Counted from the stretch's first letter, positions 1-7,488 are shown. The stretch is DNA of 20,000 nucleotides from an uncultured virus (IMG/VR IMGVR_UViG_2687453477_000003) (IMGVR_UViG_2687453477_000003); one strand, 5' to 3'. Numbers and translations: made by a program. The notes: generated by a model from the letters alone, not told the origin.

Positions 1-314
1 TCCGCATTCAAGTTTGCAGCTATCGCGCCCATGTTCACTCGGTAGTAGAGCCGGCAAGGAACACCCTTCTTCATCTCCTCAAGGACTCCGCACTTCACCA
101 GTTTCTTGCGTGCACCCTCCTGCTCGGACCTGGTCATGCCCGTCTCGGCTTCCCACTCGTCCATGGTCTTGTAGAACCAGCCGTCCGCATCTTCGGTGCG
201 GCAGGTCCAATACACCGCCTGCGAGAGCATCAAGGCACCAGTGATGCCGGCGCCCAACGATACGAACGCACGCTGGAATGCAATCGGACGGTCAAGCATG
301 TCCGCGAGATTCAT
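1..314 (-). CDS. Phage replication initiator protein, N-terminal wHTH part (runs off the window edge)
   Basis: Not in the ORF track. Manual translation from ATG at 314 gives MNLADMLDRPIAFQRAFVSLGAGITGALMLSQAVYWTCRTEDADGWFYKTMDEWEAETGMTRSEQEGARKKLVKCGVLEEMKKGVPCRLYYRVN..., open to position 1. The LSQxxYW...GWFYKTxxEWxxETG pattern and the position downstream of cro fit phage replisome organisers. Confidence 0.8.
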   Translation of the reverse strand, partial: MNLADMLDRPIAFQRAFVSLGAGITGALMLSQAVYWTCRTEDADGWFYKTMDEWEAETGMTRSEQEGARKKLVKCGVLEEMKKGVPCRLYYRVNMGAIAANLNA

Positions 315-351
315 ACCTGGCCCAACCTTCGATCACTGACAAGCGCCATGG

Positions 352-591
352 TTAAATCGCTTGTAGTGACGGGACTGGGCGCTGACGCAAGCAGGCCCAA
401 TCGACATCCGGTCGCATCTCTTCACAGGTGACCAGCCCGCCAGTTGCTCGCTCAATAGATGGACAGTGCTCCGCAGGAACCTGCCGCACACCATTGGCCC
501 ATTGCGACACAAGGACTGGTGAAACATCGATTTCGCGAGCGAGCCAGGAGCCGGCTCCGCGACGCTGGTCAAGGTAAGGTTTCAGCTTCAT
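352..591 (-). CDS. cro: Cro-like HTH regulator (YdaS/Cro family)
   Basis: 79 aa with HTH 'LAREIDVSPVLVSQW' and the Cro/YdaS tail 'IERATGGLVTCEEMRPDVDW'; divergent from the repressor. Confidence 0.88.
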   Translation of the reverse strand: MKLKPYLDQRRGAGSWLAREIDVSPVLVSQWANGVRQVPAEHCPSIERATGGLVTCEEMRPDVDWACLRQRPVPSLQAI

Positions 592-625
592 TTTTCAGCT
601 TCCGTAGACAGACGCCAGCCAAATA

Positions 626-687
626 TAGCGTAACGCTAGATTAATTCCCATAGCGTAACGCACATATACACAATTAGCGTTTTGCTA
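626..687. promoter_or_regulatory. Three repressor/Cro operator sites (OR-like), consensus TAGCG-N3-CGCTA
   Basis: TAGCGTAACGCTA 626-638, TAGCGTAACGCAC 651-663 and TAGCGTTTTGCTA 675-687, spaced 24-25 bp apart between cro and cI. Confidence 0.85.
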
Positions 688-693
688 TGGAAT
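665..693 (+). promoter_or_regulatory. Putative PRM-like promoter for the repressor
   Basis: TATACA (665-670), 17-bp spacer, TGGAAT (688-693). This places +1 at about the ATG at 701. Confidence 0.4.
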
Positions 694-700
694 CGACAAC

Positions 701-1174
701 ATGAAAGACATTGATGAAATTCGTCGAGCAAACATGCGCCTACTCGAGCGGGAGTTCGGGGGGCTGGCGGCTGTCTCTGATCGAATTGGGATGTCTCCAT
801 CGCAGTTCGGCAACCTCCGCGATGGAGTCAAGGACTCCAAAACGGGGGTGCGGCGAGGCATGCGGAAGACTACCGCTCGTCGGATTGAAGAGGCTACTGG
901 TAAACCAGCCGGCTGGCTGGATACCGACCACAGTCAGGGAGGGCAGGATGAGGTCAGAGAACGACCCACGCCTCCTCTCCTTCGAGCCTACGAACAAGCA
1001 TCTGCTTCCGATAGAGCAATAGTAGATCTACTGCTAGGAATCGTTACCCAACCTGCCTGGTTGGACACAGCCGCTCTAATGGCGCTGCGCTCACTCAGAT
1101 GTGCTGCGGAGGAAGCCGTCGTCAAAAGCTCAACTGAGGCGACCAATGCTAAAGCTCGTCTGGTCGGACGGTAA
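701..1174 (+). CDS. cI: CI-like phage repressor lacking the S24 autopeptidase domain
   Basis: N-terminus 'DIDEIRRANMRLL...ARRIEEATGKPAGWLD' is typical of prophage repressors. It is only 157 aa, has no LexA-type peptidase motif, and is flanked by operator clusters. Confidence 0.82.
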   Translation: MKDIDEIRRANMRLLEREFGGLAAVSDRIGMSPSQFGNLRDGVKDSKTGVRRGMRKTTARRIEEATGKPAGWLDTDHSQGGQDEVRERPTPPLLRAYEQASASDRAIVDLLLGIVTQPAWLDTAALMALRSLRCAAEEAVVKSSTEATNAKARLVGR

Positions 1175-1229
1175 CCCCGTCAAGAGCGACTAGCTGCCCC
1201 TTCCCTCTCAAACCCTCCTTGCCAACCTG

Positions 1230-1255
1230 AAGCCCGGCCTTGAGCCGGGCTTTTT
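1230..1255 (+). terminator. Rho-independent terminator after the repressor
   Basis: AAGCCCGGC-CTTGA-GCCGGGCTT hairpin followed by a T run. Confidence 0.85.
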
Positions 1256-1319
1256 CGTCTCTCACTACCACTAACCCCACTGCCCATACGGCACAGACCT
1301 GGATGCCGGACTCGACATT

Positions 1320-1381
1320 TCGCGTTTTGCGAAAAAATCTAGCGTTTCGCTATTTACATATGAATAGCGTTACGCTAGTTT
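1320..1381 (+). promoter_or_regulatory. OL-like operators and PL-like sigma70 promoter of the early operon
   Basis: Operators TCGCGTTTTGCGA 1320-1332, TAGCGTTTCGCTA 1340-1352 and TAGCGTTACGCTA 1365-1377. The -35 TTTACA (1353-1358) and -10 TAGTTT (1376-1381) are 17 bp apart, and the -10 overlaps the best operator. Confidence 0.8.
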
Positions 1382-1387
1382 TGCTCA

Positions 1388-1684
1388 TGCCAACTCACCG
1401 CAAGACCAGAGTTGAAAGCAGGCCGCAGCGAGCCAAGGCCTTGCCGAAAAGCAGAACGGGTTCAGGGGGAGCCTCGCCCCGTGGCCAGCAGCGTAGATGG
1501 CCCTAGATCAAGGGAGAGCCAGTGGGCGAAGAGCCGCGACTGGCTGTCGGGACCTCAGGTCCCCCGAGAAAGCATTCGCCCAGCCGGAGGTGGCGCGTAA
1601 CGCCGGCCAGCAATACCGATTTCCTAGATGCCCCTTGCCAGTACGGGAGGGGCATACGGGAAACCACAACGAGAGGAAACACCG
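1388..1684 (+). ncRNA. Candidate structured 5' leader RNA of the early operon
   Basis: About 300 nt with no convincing ORF, containing consecutive hairpins and a possible pseudoknot (see findings). Confidence 0.45.
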
Positions 1685-1858
1685 ATGTTCAAGAAAGGCC
1701 AGTCCGTGATCCTGACCAACCCGCGTGGCGTCGCGAAGGAAGGCAAGTTCCTGCGCACCATCAACAAGGGCACCGGCCGCGGTGGCGGTGAGTACCTGGT
1801 CGTCGAAGTGAACGGCAAAGAGCTGCAGGCCCGCGCCTGCAAGGTGAAAGCCGCATAA
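1685..1858 (+). CDS. Small basic beta-rich hypothetical protein (57 aa)
   Basis: SD GAGAGGA before ATG 1685, host-like codon usage, MFKKGQSVILTNPRG... Confidence 0.8.
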   Translation: MFKKGQSVILTNPRGVAKEGKFLRTINKGTGRGGGEYLVVEVNGKELQARACKVKAA

Positions 1859-1933
1859 GGAGCATGCCCCGGTTCGCCGGGGCATCACCCGCGCCTGCCT
1901 GGTTTCTCAAAGATCAACCTGACCCAGCCAGGG

Positions 1934-2081
1934 CGCATCGGAGATCGCCATCCCCGCGACTGCCTCGCGGGCCGGCCCCGGACGATAGTGCCGGTGCCCA
2001 GTTGCAGGGCGGAAATCCTGCTGCCTGGGTTCGTGCAGAGCTGAGCAGCAGCACTGCCTGCCGATGGCGATCTCCGATGCG
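1934..2081 (+). ncRNA. Candidate structured RNA closed by a perfect 19-bp inverted repeat
   Basis: CGCATCGGAGATCGCCATC (1934-1952) pairs with GATGGCGATCTCCGATGCG (2063-2081) and encloses several hairpins. Confidence 0.5.
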
Positions 2082-2137
2082 TTGAGCATCTTCCCCCGCT
2101 TTCGACCTGATCGCCGGGGCATCACCGAGGAAAGGAC

Positions 2138-2401
2138 ATGAGAGCCGACCGCAAGCCAATCACGTCGGAACAGAGGGCTGAGGCCAAGCGGCTGATGGAT
2201 GCCGAGGGTCCGATCAAGGGAATGATGCGAGTCGCCTATCGCTGCGACATCTGCGAGCAGATTTTCATGCACCGCTTCATCCCCTACGGCCTAGGTCGCG
2301 GCCACCGCTTCAACTTGTGCATGTGCCAGCTCACTGCGAACAACATGCACAACACGACTCGCGTTCTGGAAATGCGAGATCACGAGAATCAAAACGAATA
2401 A
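2138..2401 (+). CDS. Hypothetical protein, possible Zn-binding (CDIC...CMC)
   Basis: Strong RBS (GAGGAAAGGA) within the repeat; 87 aa with Cys pairs. Confidence 0.75.
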   Translation: MRADRKPITSEQRAEAKRLMDAEGPIKGMMRVAYRCDICEQIFMHRFIPYGLGRGHRFNLCMCQLTANNMHNTTRVLEMRDHENQNE

Positions 2402-2435
2402 CCCGCCGCCCTGCCGGCATCACCGAGGAAAGGAC

Positions 2436-2720
2436 ATGAAACTCTACACAAGAAACGATGGGCTTCTTGCTCTCAAGAAGGAACGCATTGAAGCATGCAA
2501 GGCGGCGGGAGTTACCGTGCTTGGATTCGGTGAGCATCTGCCCAAGGATGGAATCCTGATAGCTGACTGCCGTCCGCGCGGATTCGTTGGAGGTCGTGTG
2601 CTTGAGCGCGATCCCGCAGCAACGATGCTGTACGTCGGAGACGTATTCAAGCCGGAAAAGACCTACTACTTCGAGAGTTTCGAGCGCGCCTTAAGGAAAG
2701 CCAAGAAGCTCGCAGCCTAA
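2436..2720 (+). CDS. Hypothetical phage protein
   Basis: Same RBS repeat; 94 aa bounded by repeat copies on both sides. Confidence 0.75.
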   Translation: MKLYTRNDGLLALKKERIEACKAAGVTVLGFGEHLPKDGILIADCRPRGFVGGRVLERDPAATMLYVGDVFKPEKTYYFESFERALRKAKKLAA

Positions 2721-2782
2721 CCCGCCGCCCTGCCGGTAGCAGGGCATCACCTACCCCACCGCAATCTATCCGGAGATACCCG

Positions 2783-2995
2783 ATGAAGCGAAACGCCAAC
2801 CCGGCGGCGACCGTTGCTGCCTGGAATTCCGCATACCCCGCCGGCACCGAGGTCGACTACCGATTCCATCGCCACGCCACGCCGAAGCGCACCCGTACCA
2901 CTACTGAAGCCCAAGTCCTCGGCGGCCACACCGCTGTCGTCTGGCTCGCTGGCGTGTCCGGTTGCGTTGCCCTTTCCCACTGCGAGCCGGCCTGA
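2783..2995 (+). CDS. Hypothetical protein, paralogue of the C-terminal domain of the downstream CsrA fusion
   Basis: SD GGAG; 70 aa; aligns by eye with the C-terminal half of the next ORF. Confidence 0.8.
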   Translation: MKRNANPAATVAAWNSAYPAGTEVDYRFHRHATPKRTRTTTEAQVLGGHTAVVWLAGVSGCVALSHCEPA

Positions 2996-3029
2996 GCCCG
3001 CGCGCCCAGCATCCTGAACGGAGGCACAC

Positions 3030-3401
3030 ATGCTGATCTTGACCCGCCGCCCCGGCGAAACCCTGCATATCGGCGACAACATCACCGTCACGGTCCTCGG
3101 CAGCCAGGGCGACCAGGTGCGCCTCGGCATCACCGCCCCGGACGACGTCGCCATTCACCGCTCCGAGATCTACCAGCAGATCGGCAACGTCCGTCCGGTG
3201 CCGCCGGCGGAGCTGGTCGAGGCCTGGAACAGCAGGCATTCCGGCCCGGCCACTGTCGACTATTGCGCGTACCGGGACGCCACACCCGTTCGAACTCGCA
3301 CGCTCGGGCTGGCGCGGCTATCCGCCGCCGGCATGGCGGTCGTGTGGGTCGAGGGCCAAGCCACGCCGGTGCTGCTGCGCAACTGCACCGCTGTCTCTTG
3401 A
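3030..3401 (+). CDS. csrA: CsrA/RsmA-family RNA-binding protein fused to an extra C-terminal domain
   Basis: [24 protein letters not shown]...[19 protein letters not shown] matches the CsrA consensus, including the RNA-binding Arg44; SD GGAGG. Confidence 0.9.
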   Translation: MLILTRRPGETLHIGDNITVTVLGSQGDQVRLGITAPDDVAIHRSEIYQQIGNVRPVPPAELVEAWNSRHSGPATVDYCAYRDATPVRTRTLGLARLSAAGMAVVWVEGQATPVLLRNCTAVS

Positions 3402-3408
3402 TCCGCTC

Positions 3409-3430
3409 CCCTGGCGCTCCGGCGCCAGGG
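3409..3430. other. GC-rich hairpin between convergent genes (possible terminator)
   Basis: CCCTGGCGC-TCCG-GCGCCAGGG; no clear U tract. Confidence 0.45.
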
Positions 3431-3457
3431 CACAATGGGAAGTGATCAAGAAGGTTC

Positions 3458-4027
3458 TTATTGGGAAACTAACGACTTACATCTGGACTCCATTCGCTTT
3501 CTTGCTGTTTCAGCTTTAGAAACAATTCTTAAGAGACCCTCACCATCAATTTTGTAATATATCTTTCCAGCCTTGGGAGCTATGTAATCTTCAAGATCTT
3601 TAGTCAGTTGAAAAACGTCTAAGAAATCAGCTAAATCCTCGCAATTTCTCAATTTATCCAGGTCAACAAACTTGAACAGCTCTCTGGCATTCCTAAGCAT
3701 ATTCACCTGATTTTTTATTTGTTCTTCATAGACATATTCACGATGTTCTTCAACGACCTGAACAATGATTCTCTCTGCATAATGGGCAATTGAGACCATC
3801 TTCCTAAGCCTGTTCTCTTGCTCCTCCTCACGATCTAACTCCGACTGCCTATGCTGTGTATCAGCTATATAAAACGCATAACAGATTGCCAGCACCGAAC
3901 CGATAGCCTGAACCCAGGCTGCCGCGACAGAGTTTGTACCTCCATCAGCTGCAACCATAAATATAATCGCCACAACAACCAAAAAAAGCCCAACTCCGAC
4001 AACCTTAACTCCAGTCTTCCCATCCAT
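3458..4027 (-). CDS. AT-rich moron: membrane protein with two N-terminal TM helices and a helical soluble domain
   Basis: 189 aa, opposite strand, abruptly AT-rich; hydrophobic segments VVGVGLFLVVVAIIFMVAA and AAWVQAIGSVLAICYAFYIA. Confidence 0.8.
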   Translation of the reverse strand: MDGKTGVKVVGVGLFLVVVAIIFMVAADGGTNSVAAAWVQAIGSVLAICYAFYIADTQHRQSELDREEEQENRLRKMVSIAHYAERIIVQVVEEHREYVYEEQIKNQVNMLRNARELFKFVDLDKLRNCEDLADFLDVFQLTKDLEDYIAPKAGKIYYKIDGEGLLRIVSKAETARKRMESRCKSLVSQ

Positions 4028-4076
4028 AACAAGTAACTCCTGTGTTTTTCTAATTTATATAGCACTTTCTCCGCCC

Positions 4077-4144
4077 GCATTCGCATGAACGCTCCCCGCC
4101 TCCCCATCGGGCCAGCCCGGCGGCGCGAGCGTTCAGCCGAATGC
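4077..4144 (+). other. Long imperfect hairpin (possible RNase III processing site)
   Basis: GCATTCG..TGAACGCTC..CCGCC pairs with GGCGG..GAGCGTTCA..CGAATGC, upstream of an RBS. Confidence 0.5.
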
Positions 4145-4168
4145 AGGTGAACCACGGAGAGCATCCCG

Positions 4169-4312
4169 ATGTGGACATACCGCGAGCGCCGCAACCGCGC
4201 GGCTTTCAGCAACGCGCAACTCGCTTACGACCGTGCCGTCGACCCGCTCTGGGACCAGCCGGAACCGGAGCCCGAGGACGAGCAGGAGGACGACGATGGC
4301 CTGGGCGAATGA
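4169..4312 (+). CDS. Small phage protein with acidic tail (47 aa)
   Basis: Manual translation MWTYRERRNRAAFSNAQLAYDRAVDPLWDQPEPEPEDEQEDDDGLGE; SD GGAG; overlaps the next start. Confidence 0.65.
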   Translation: MWTYRERRNRAAFSNAQLAYDRAVDPLWDQPEPEPEDEQEDDDGLGE

Positions 4313-4517
4313 ACGCGCGGTGCTGATGATCGAGGAAGGCATTACGGCGATGCGCCGATCACCGTTCCCGCGCCCGGACCAGAAGTTCGTCCACGGCCAA
4401 ATTGAACTGGCCTATGCGGTCGGCTTCATCGACACCCGTATTTACGACGACATGCGCCACCGGCTCGACGCCGCGTCGGACGCCCGCTGGGCAGAACTCA
4501 GGAGCACTCGGGTATGA
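4296..4517 (+). CDS. Hypothetical phage protein (73 aa)
   Basis: Internal ATG of ORF 4233-4517 with SD GGAGG; ATGA overlap with the next gene. Confidence 0.7.
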   Translation: MAWANERAVLMIEEGITAMRRSPFPRPDQKFVHGQIELAYAVGFIDTRIYDDMRHRLDAASDARWAELRSTRV

Positions 4518-4885
4518 ATCCAATCACCCGCTTTCAAGTCCGGGCCGGCCGAGACGCAGCTAGCCGCTGTGAGTTCGTTCGGGAAACGAAGGCCTACTAC
4601 GTTCGAGCCGACGGCACGCGCATCGCGAAGCGCGCTGATTGGTACAGGTTCTACGCCACCGAACAGGAAGCGCAGTCTGCAATCGAGCGCGACAACCGCA
4701 AGCGGGCGGAACGCGCAGCACGGCGGCGCGTTGAAAGCTACGGCCCCGAATTACTCATCGCCCTGGAGCAGGCGTACTGCGCGCTGGTCGGCTATCTGCC
4801 GCAGCATCGCAACGCGATCACAACTGCGGCGATCGAGGCGGCCCGAAGCGCAATCGACAAAGCCAAGGGAGGGGCCTCCGCATGA
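4514..4885 (+). CDS. Hypothetical phage protein
   Basis: 123 aa; 4-bp overlaps at both ends; C-terminal 'PELLIALE...AARSAIDKAKG' module common in phage early proteins. Confidence 0.75.
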   Translation: MNPITRFQVRAGRDAASRCEFVRETKAYYVRADGTRIAKRADWYRFYATEQEAQSAIERDNRKRAERAARRRVESYGPELLIALEQAYCALVGYLPQHRNAITTAAIEAARSAIDKAKGGASA

Positions 4886-5001
4886 AGCCAAATGCGACTG
4901 GCGCCCGCCGGGCGCTCACCGAAGTTGCGTCGGCCATCGGCGTGCTGGCCCTGGTGGCTCCGTTCTACGGCTGGCTGATCTACAGGATGCTCCCGACATG
5001 A
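4882..5001 (+). CDS. Small membrane peptide (39 aa)
   Basis: Manual translation MKPNATGARRALTEVASAIGVLALVAPFYGWLIYRMLPT; ATGA overlaps on both sides. Confidence 0.6.
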   Translation: MKPNATGARRALTEVASAIGVLALVAPFYGWLIYRMLPT

Positions 5002-5135
5002 ACGCGAAGCGCAAAGCCATCTGGTACGGCGCCCTCGGCGCAGCCGCTCTCTACATCATCCTGATGCTCGGACCAGCTATCGGCGGCCGCATCACTGCAG
5101 AACACCCCGCTACGGCACCAACCGCCGCTAAGTGA
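4998..5135 (+). CDS. Small membrane peptide (45 aa)
   Basis: MNAKRKAIWYGALGAAALYIILMLGPAIGG...; coupled by an ATGA overlap. Confidence 0.6.
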   Translation: MNAKRKAIWYGALGAAALYIILMLGPAIGGRITAEHPATAPTAAK

Positions 5136-5155
5136 TCCCAATTACCGGAGAAACC

Positions 5156-5854
5156 ATGGACGACACCATCCTCATTTACCGCGCGACCTACGGCACTCCC
5201 GAGCAAGTCGCCCAGCTCTACGCGGCCTTCGCGAAAGCTCAGGGGGCATTCGAGCCGATCGCAAAAAACCGCGAAGTCGAAATTCCCATCAAAGACAAAA
5301 ACACCGGCGCGCAACGCGGTTCCTACAAGTTCCGCTACGCCGATCTCGAGGAAATCAACAGCAAGACCCGAAAACCGCTCAGCGAAAACGGCCTGGGCAC
5401 TATGCAGTCGATCGGGCGCAGCACCACGACCACCGGGACCTCGATCTACACGCGCCTGACCCACGCCGGCGGCGCCTGTATCGAGGATGAAATCCCTCTC
5501 CCCGCGCAAGACAAACGCGACATCAAGGACTACGGCGCGATCGTGTCCTACCTCCGCCGCTACGCCAAGACCGCGCTGCTGGACATCGCCGCCGACGACG
5601 ACCTCGACGCCAACGGTGACCGGGACGACGACACCCAACCGGGCGCACAGGCAGAGCAGCAGCCGGAGGGCAACGGCAAACCGTCGTACCCGGACGAGAA
5701 GCTGGAGAAGATGCTGCCGCAATGGCGAAACCTCATCACCAGCGGCAAGAAGACCGCCGACCAGGTTATCGCCACGGTCAGCAGCGGCAACACCCTATCC
5801 CCCCAACAGGTCGAGAAGATCCGCGGCCTGGTCACCGTAGGAGCATCCGCATGA
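5156..5854 (+). CDS. erf: ERF-family single-strand annealing protein
   Basis: 'KFRYADLEEI' and 'GAIVSYLRRYAKTALLDIAADDDLD' match ERF motifs. SD GGAG before ATG 5156 (alternative GTG at 5132). Confidence 0.85.
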   Translation: MDDTILIYRATYGTPEQVAQLYAAFAKAQGAFEPIAKNREVEIPIKDKNTGAQRGSYKFRYADLEEINSKTRKPLSENGLGTMQSIGRSTTTTGTSIYTRLTHAGGACIEDEIPLPAQDKRDIKDYGAIVSYLRRYAKTALLDIAADDDLDANGDRDDDTQPGAQAEQQPEGNGKPSYPDEKLEKMLPQWRNLITSGKKTADQVIATVSSGNTLSPQQVEKIRGLVTVGASA

Positions 5855-7488
5855 TCATCCACAACGTAGTCCAAGGCTCGCCGGAATGGCACGCGCTGCG
5901 TGCCCAGCACTTCACCGCTTCCGAGGCTCCGGCCATGATGGGCGCCTCGAAGTACCAGTCGCGCAGCGACCTACTAAAGCAGAAGAAGACCGGCCTGGCC
6001 GCCGAGGTCAGCCAGCACCAGCAGGCGCTGTTCAACCGCGGTCATGCCGCTGAAGCTGCCGCCCGGCTGATCGTCGAGGAGATGATCGGCGAGGAGCTGT
6101 ACCCGGTCACCGCAACCGAGGGCAACTTGCTGGCGAGCATGGACGGCATGGACATGGCCGAGACCGTCCTGTTCGAGCACAAGCTGTGGAATGCCAACCT
6201 CGTCGCCCAGGTCCGCGCTGGCGAACTGGAGCCGCACTACTACTGGCAGTTGGAACAGCAGTTGCTGGTCAGCGCCGCCGAGCGCGTGATCTTCGTCTGC
6301 TCCGACGGCACCCGCGCCAACTTCGTTCACATGGAATACCGCCCGGTCGCCGGCCGCGCCGAAGCGCTGCAGGCTGGCTGGCGCCAGTTCGCCGCCGACC
6401 TCGAGGCCTTCGAAGTCGAGGCGCCCAAGGCCGAAGCCGTGGGCCGCGCGCCGGAGCACCTGCCGGCCCTGCGCATCAAGGTCACCGGCATGGTCGAGGC
6501 CAGCAACCTGGCAGAATTCAAGGCCACCGCCCTGGGCGTGCTGGCCAAGATCAACACCGACCTGACCACCGATCAGCACTTCGCCGACGCGGCGCTGACC
6601 GTGAAGTGGTGCGAGAACGTCGAGGAGCGCCTGGAGGCGGCGAAGCAGCATGCGCTGAGTCAGACGGCCTCGATCGACGAGCTGTTCCGCACCATCGACG
6701 AGATCGCCGCGGAAACGCGGAACAAGCGTCTGACGCTGAAGAAGCTGGTCGATACTCAGAAGGAAGCCATCCGCTTGAAGATCAAGGGCAAGGCCGAGCA
6801 GGACTTCTGCGACTACGTGGCGGCCATCAACCAGCGCCTGGGCAAGGTGCAACTGCCGGTCATCCCTGTCGACTTCGCCAACGCCATCAAGGGCAAGAAG
6901 ACGATCACCGGACTGCAGGATGGCGCCAACGGCGAGTTGGCCCGAGCGAAGATCGAGGCCGACAAGTGGGCCACGCTCATCGAGCAGAACCTGGCCAGCC
7001 TGCGCGAACTGGCGACCGACCACGCCTTCCTGTTCAGCGATGCGCAGCAGTTGGTGCTGAAGGCCAACGACGACCTGATGCTGCTGATCAACGCGCGCAT
7101 CGCCGAGCACCAGGCGGAAGAGGAGCGCCGCCTCGAGGCCGAACGCGAACGCATCCGCGAAGAGGAGCGCCAGCGCCTGGAACTCGAGCAGCAGGAAGCC
7201 GCTACCGCGCAGCAACCGGATCCCGTAGCCGAGCCGGAGCCAGTTCCCGCTGCACCGGCCCCTGCCCGCGCCGCCGGACGCTCTCGCACTGCGACTGCAC
7301 CGACCACCCAATGGATCGCCCGCGTCACCGACAAGTCCGCGCTCATCGCAGCGATTGCCGCGGGCCACACCACCGAGGACCTGCTGATCATCAACCAGCC
7401 GGCCCTGGACAGCCTGGCCAACAGCAATGGCCAAACGCTGAACCTACCGGGCGTGATCGTCGAGAAGGCACCCGCGAAAGCGGCCTGA
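5851..7488 (+). CDS. YqaJ/lambda-exonuclease-family nuclease with long coiled-coil C-terminus
   Basis: 'QGSPEWHALR..FTASEAPAMMG', 'ASMDG', 'FEHK' and 'YYWQLEQQL' motifs; ATG 5851 overlaps the ERF stop. Confidence 0.88.
   Translation: MIIHNVVQGSPEWHALRAQHFTASEAPAMMGASKYQSRSDLLKQKKTGLAAEVSQHQQALFNRGHAAEAAARLIVEEMIGEELYPVTATEGNLLASMDGMDMAETVLFEHKLWNANLVAQVRAGELEPHYYWQLEQQLLVSAAERVIFVCSDGTRANFVHMEYRPVAGRAEALQAGWRQFAADLEAFEVEAPKAEAVGRAPEHLPALRIKVTGMVEASNLAEFKATALGVLAKINTDLTTDQHFADAALTVKWCENVEERLEAAKQHALSQTASIDELFRTIDEIAAETRNKRLTLKKLVDTQKEAIRLKIKGKAEQDFCDYVAAINQRLGKVQLPVIPVDFANAIKGKKTITGLQDGANGELARAKIEADKWATLIEQNLASLRELATDHAFLFSDAQQLVLKANDDLMLLINARIAEHQAEEERRLEAERERIREEERQRLELEQQEAATAQQPDPVAEPEPVPAAPAPARAAGRSRTATAPTTQWIARVTDKSALIAAIAAGHTTEDLLIINQPALDSLANSNGQTLNLPGVIVEKAPAKAA

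Larger units (their letters stand above)
1864..2751 (+). repeat. Dispersed intergenic repeat (hairpin + GGCATCACC, with or without RBS), four copies
   Basis: GGCATCACCGAGGAAAGGACATGA is identical at 2118-2141 and 2416-2439. TAACCCGCCGCCCTGCCGG is identical at 2399-2417 and 2718-2736. GGGCATCACC also occurs at 1880-1889 and 2742-2751. Confidence 0.85.

Noticed and set aside
14..244. Plus-strand ORF 14-244
   Set aside because: It is antisense to the replication gene found by manual translation.
1425..1438. 14-bp match GCAGCGAGCCAAGG also at 15578-15591
   Set aside because: Short, GC-rich and without shared context; plausibly chance.
1517..1582. HDV-like or other self-cleaving ribozyme
   Set aside because: The stem order is superficially similar, but only 8 nt are available for P3/L3, and no hammerhead, twister or pistol core residues were found.
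1934..2081. Retron msr-msd (a1/a2 inverted repeat) interpretation
   Set aside because: No reverse transcriptase is present in the window and no retron-specific feature was identified; kept only as a generic structured RNA.
1864..2751. CRISPR array or solitary CRISPR repeat
   Set aside because: Copies are separated by whole genes, do not match the type I-C/E/F repeats I recall, and there are no cas genes.
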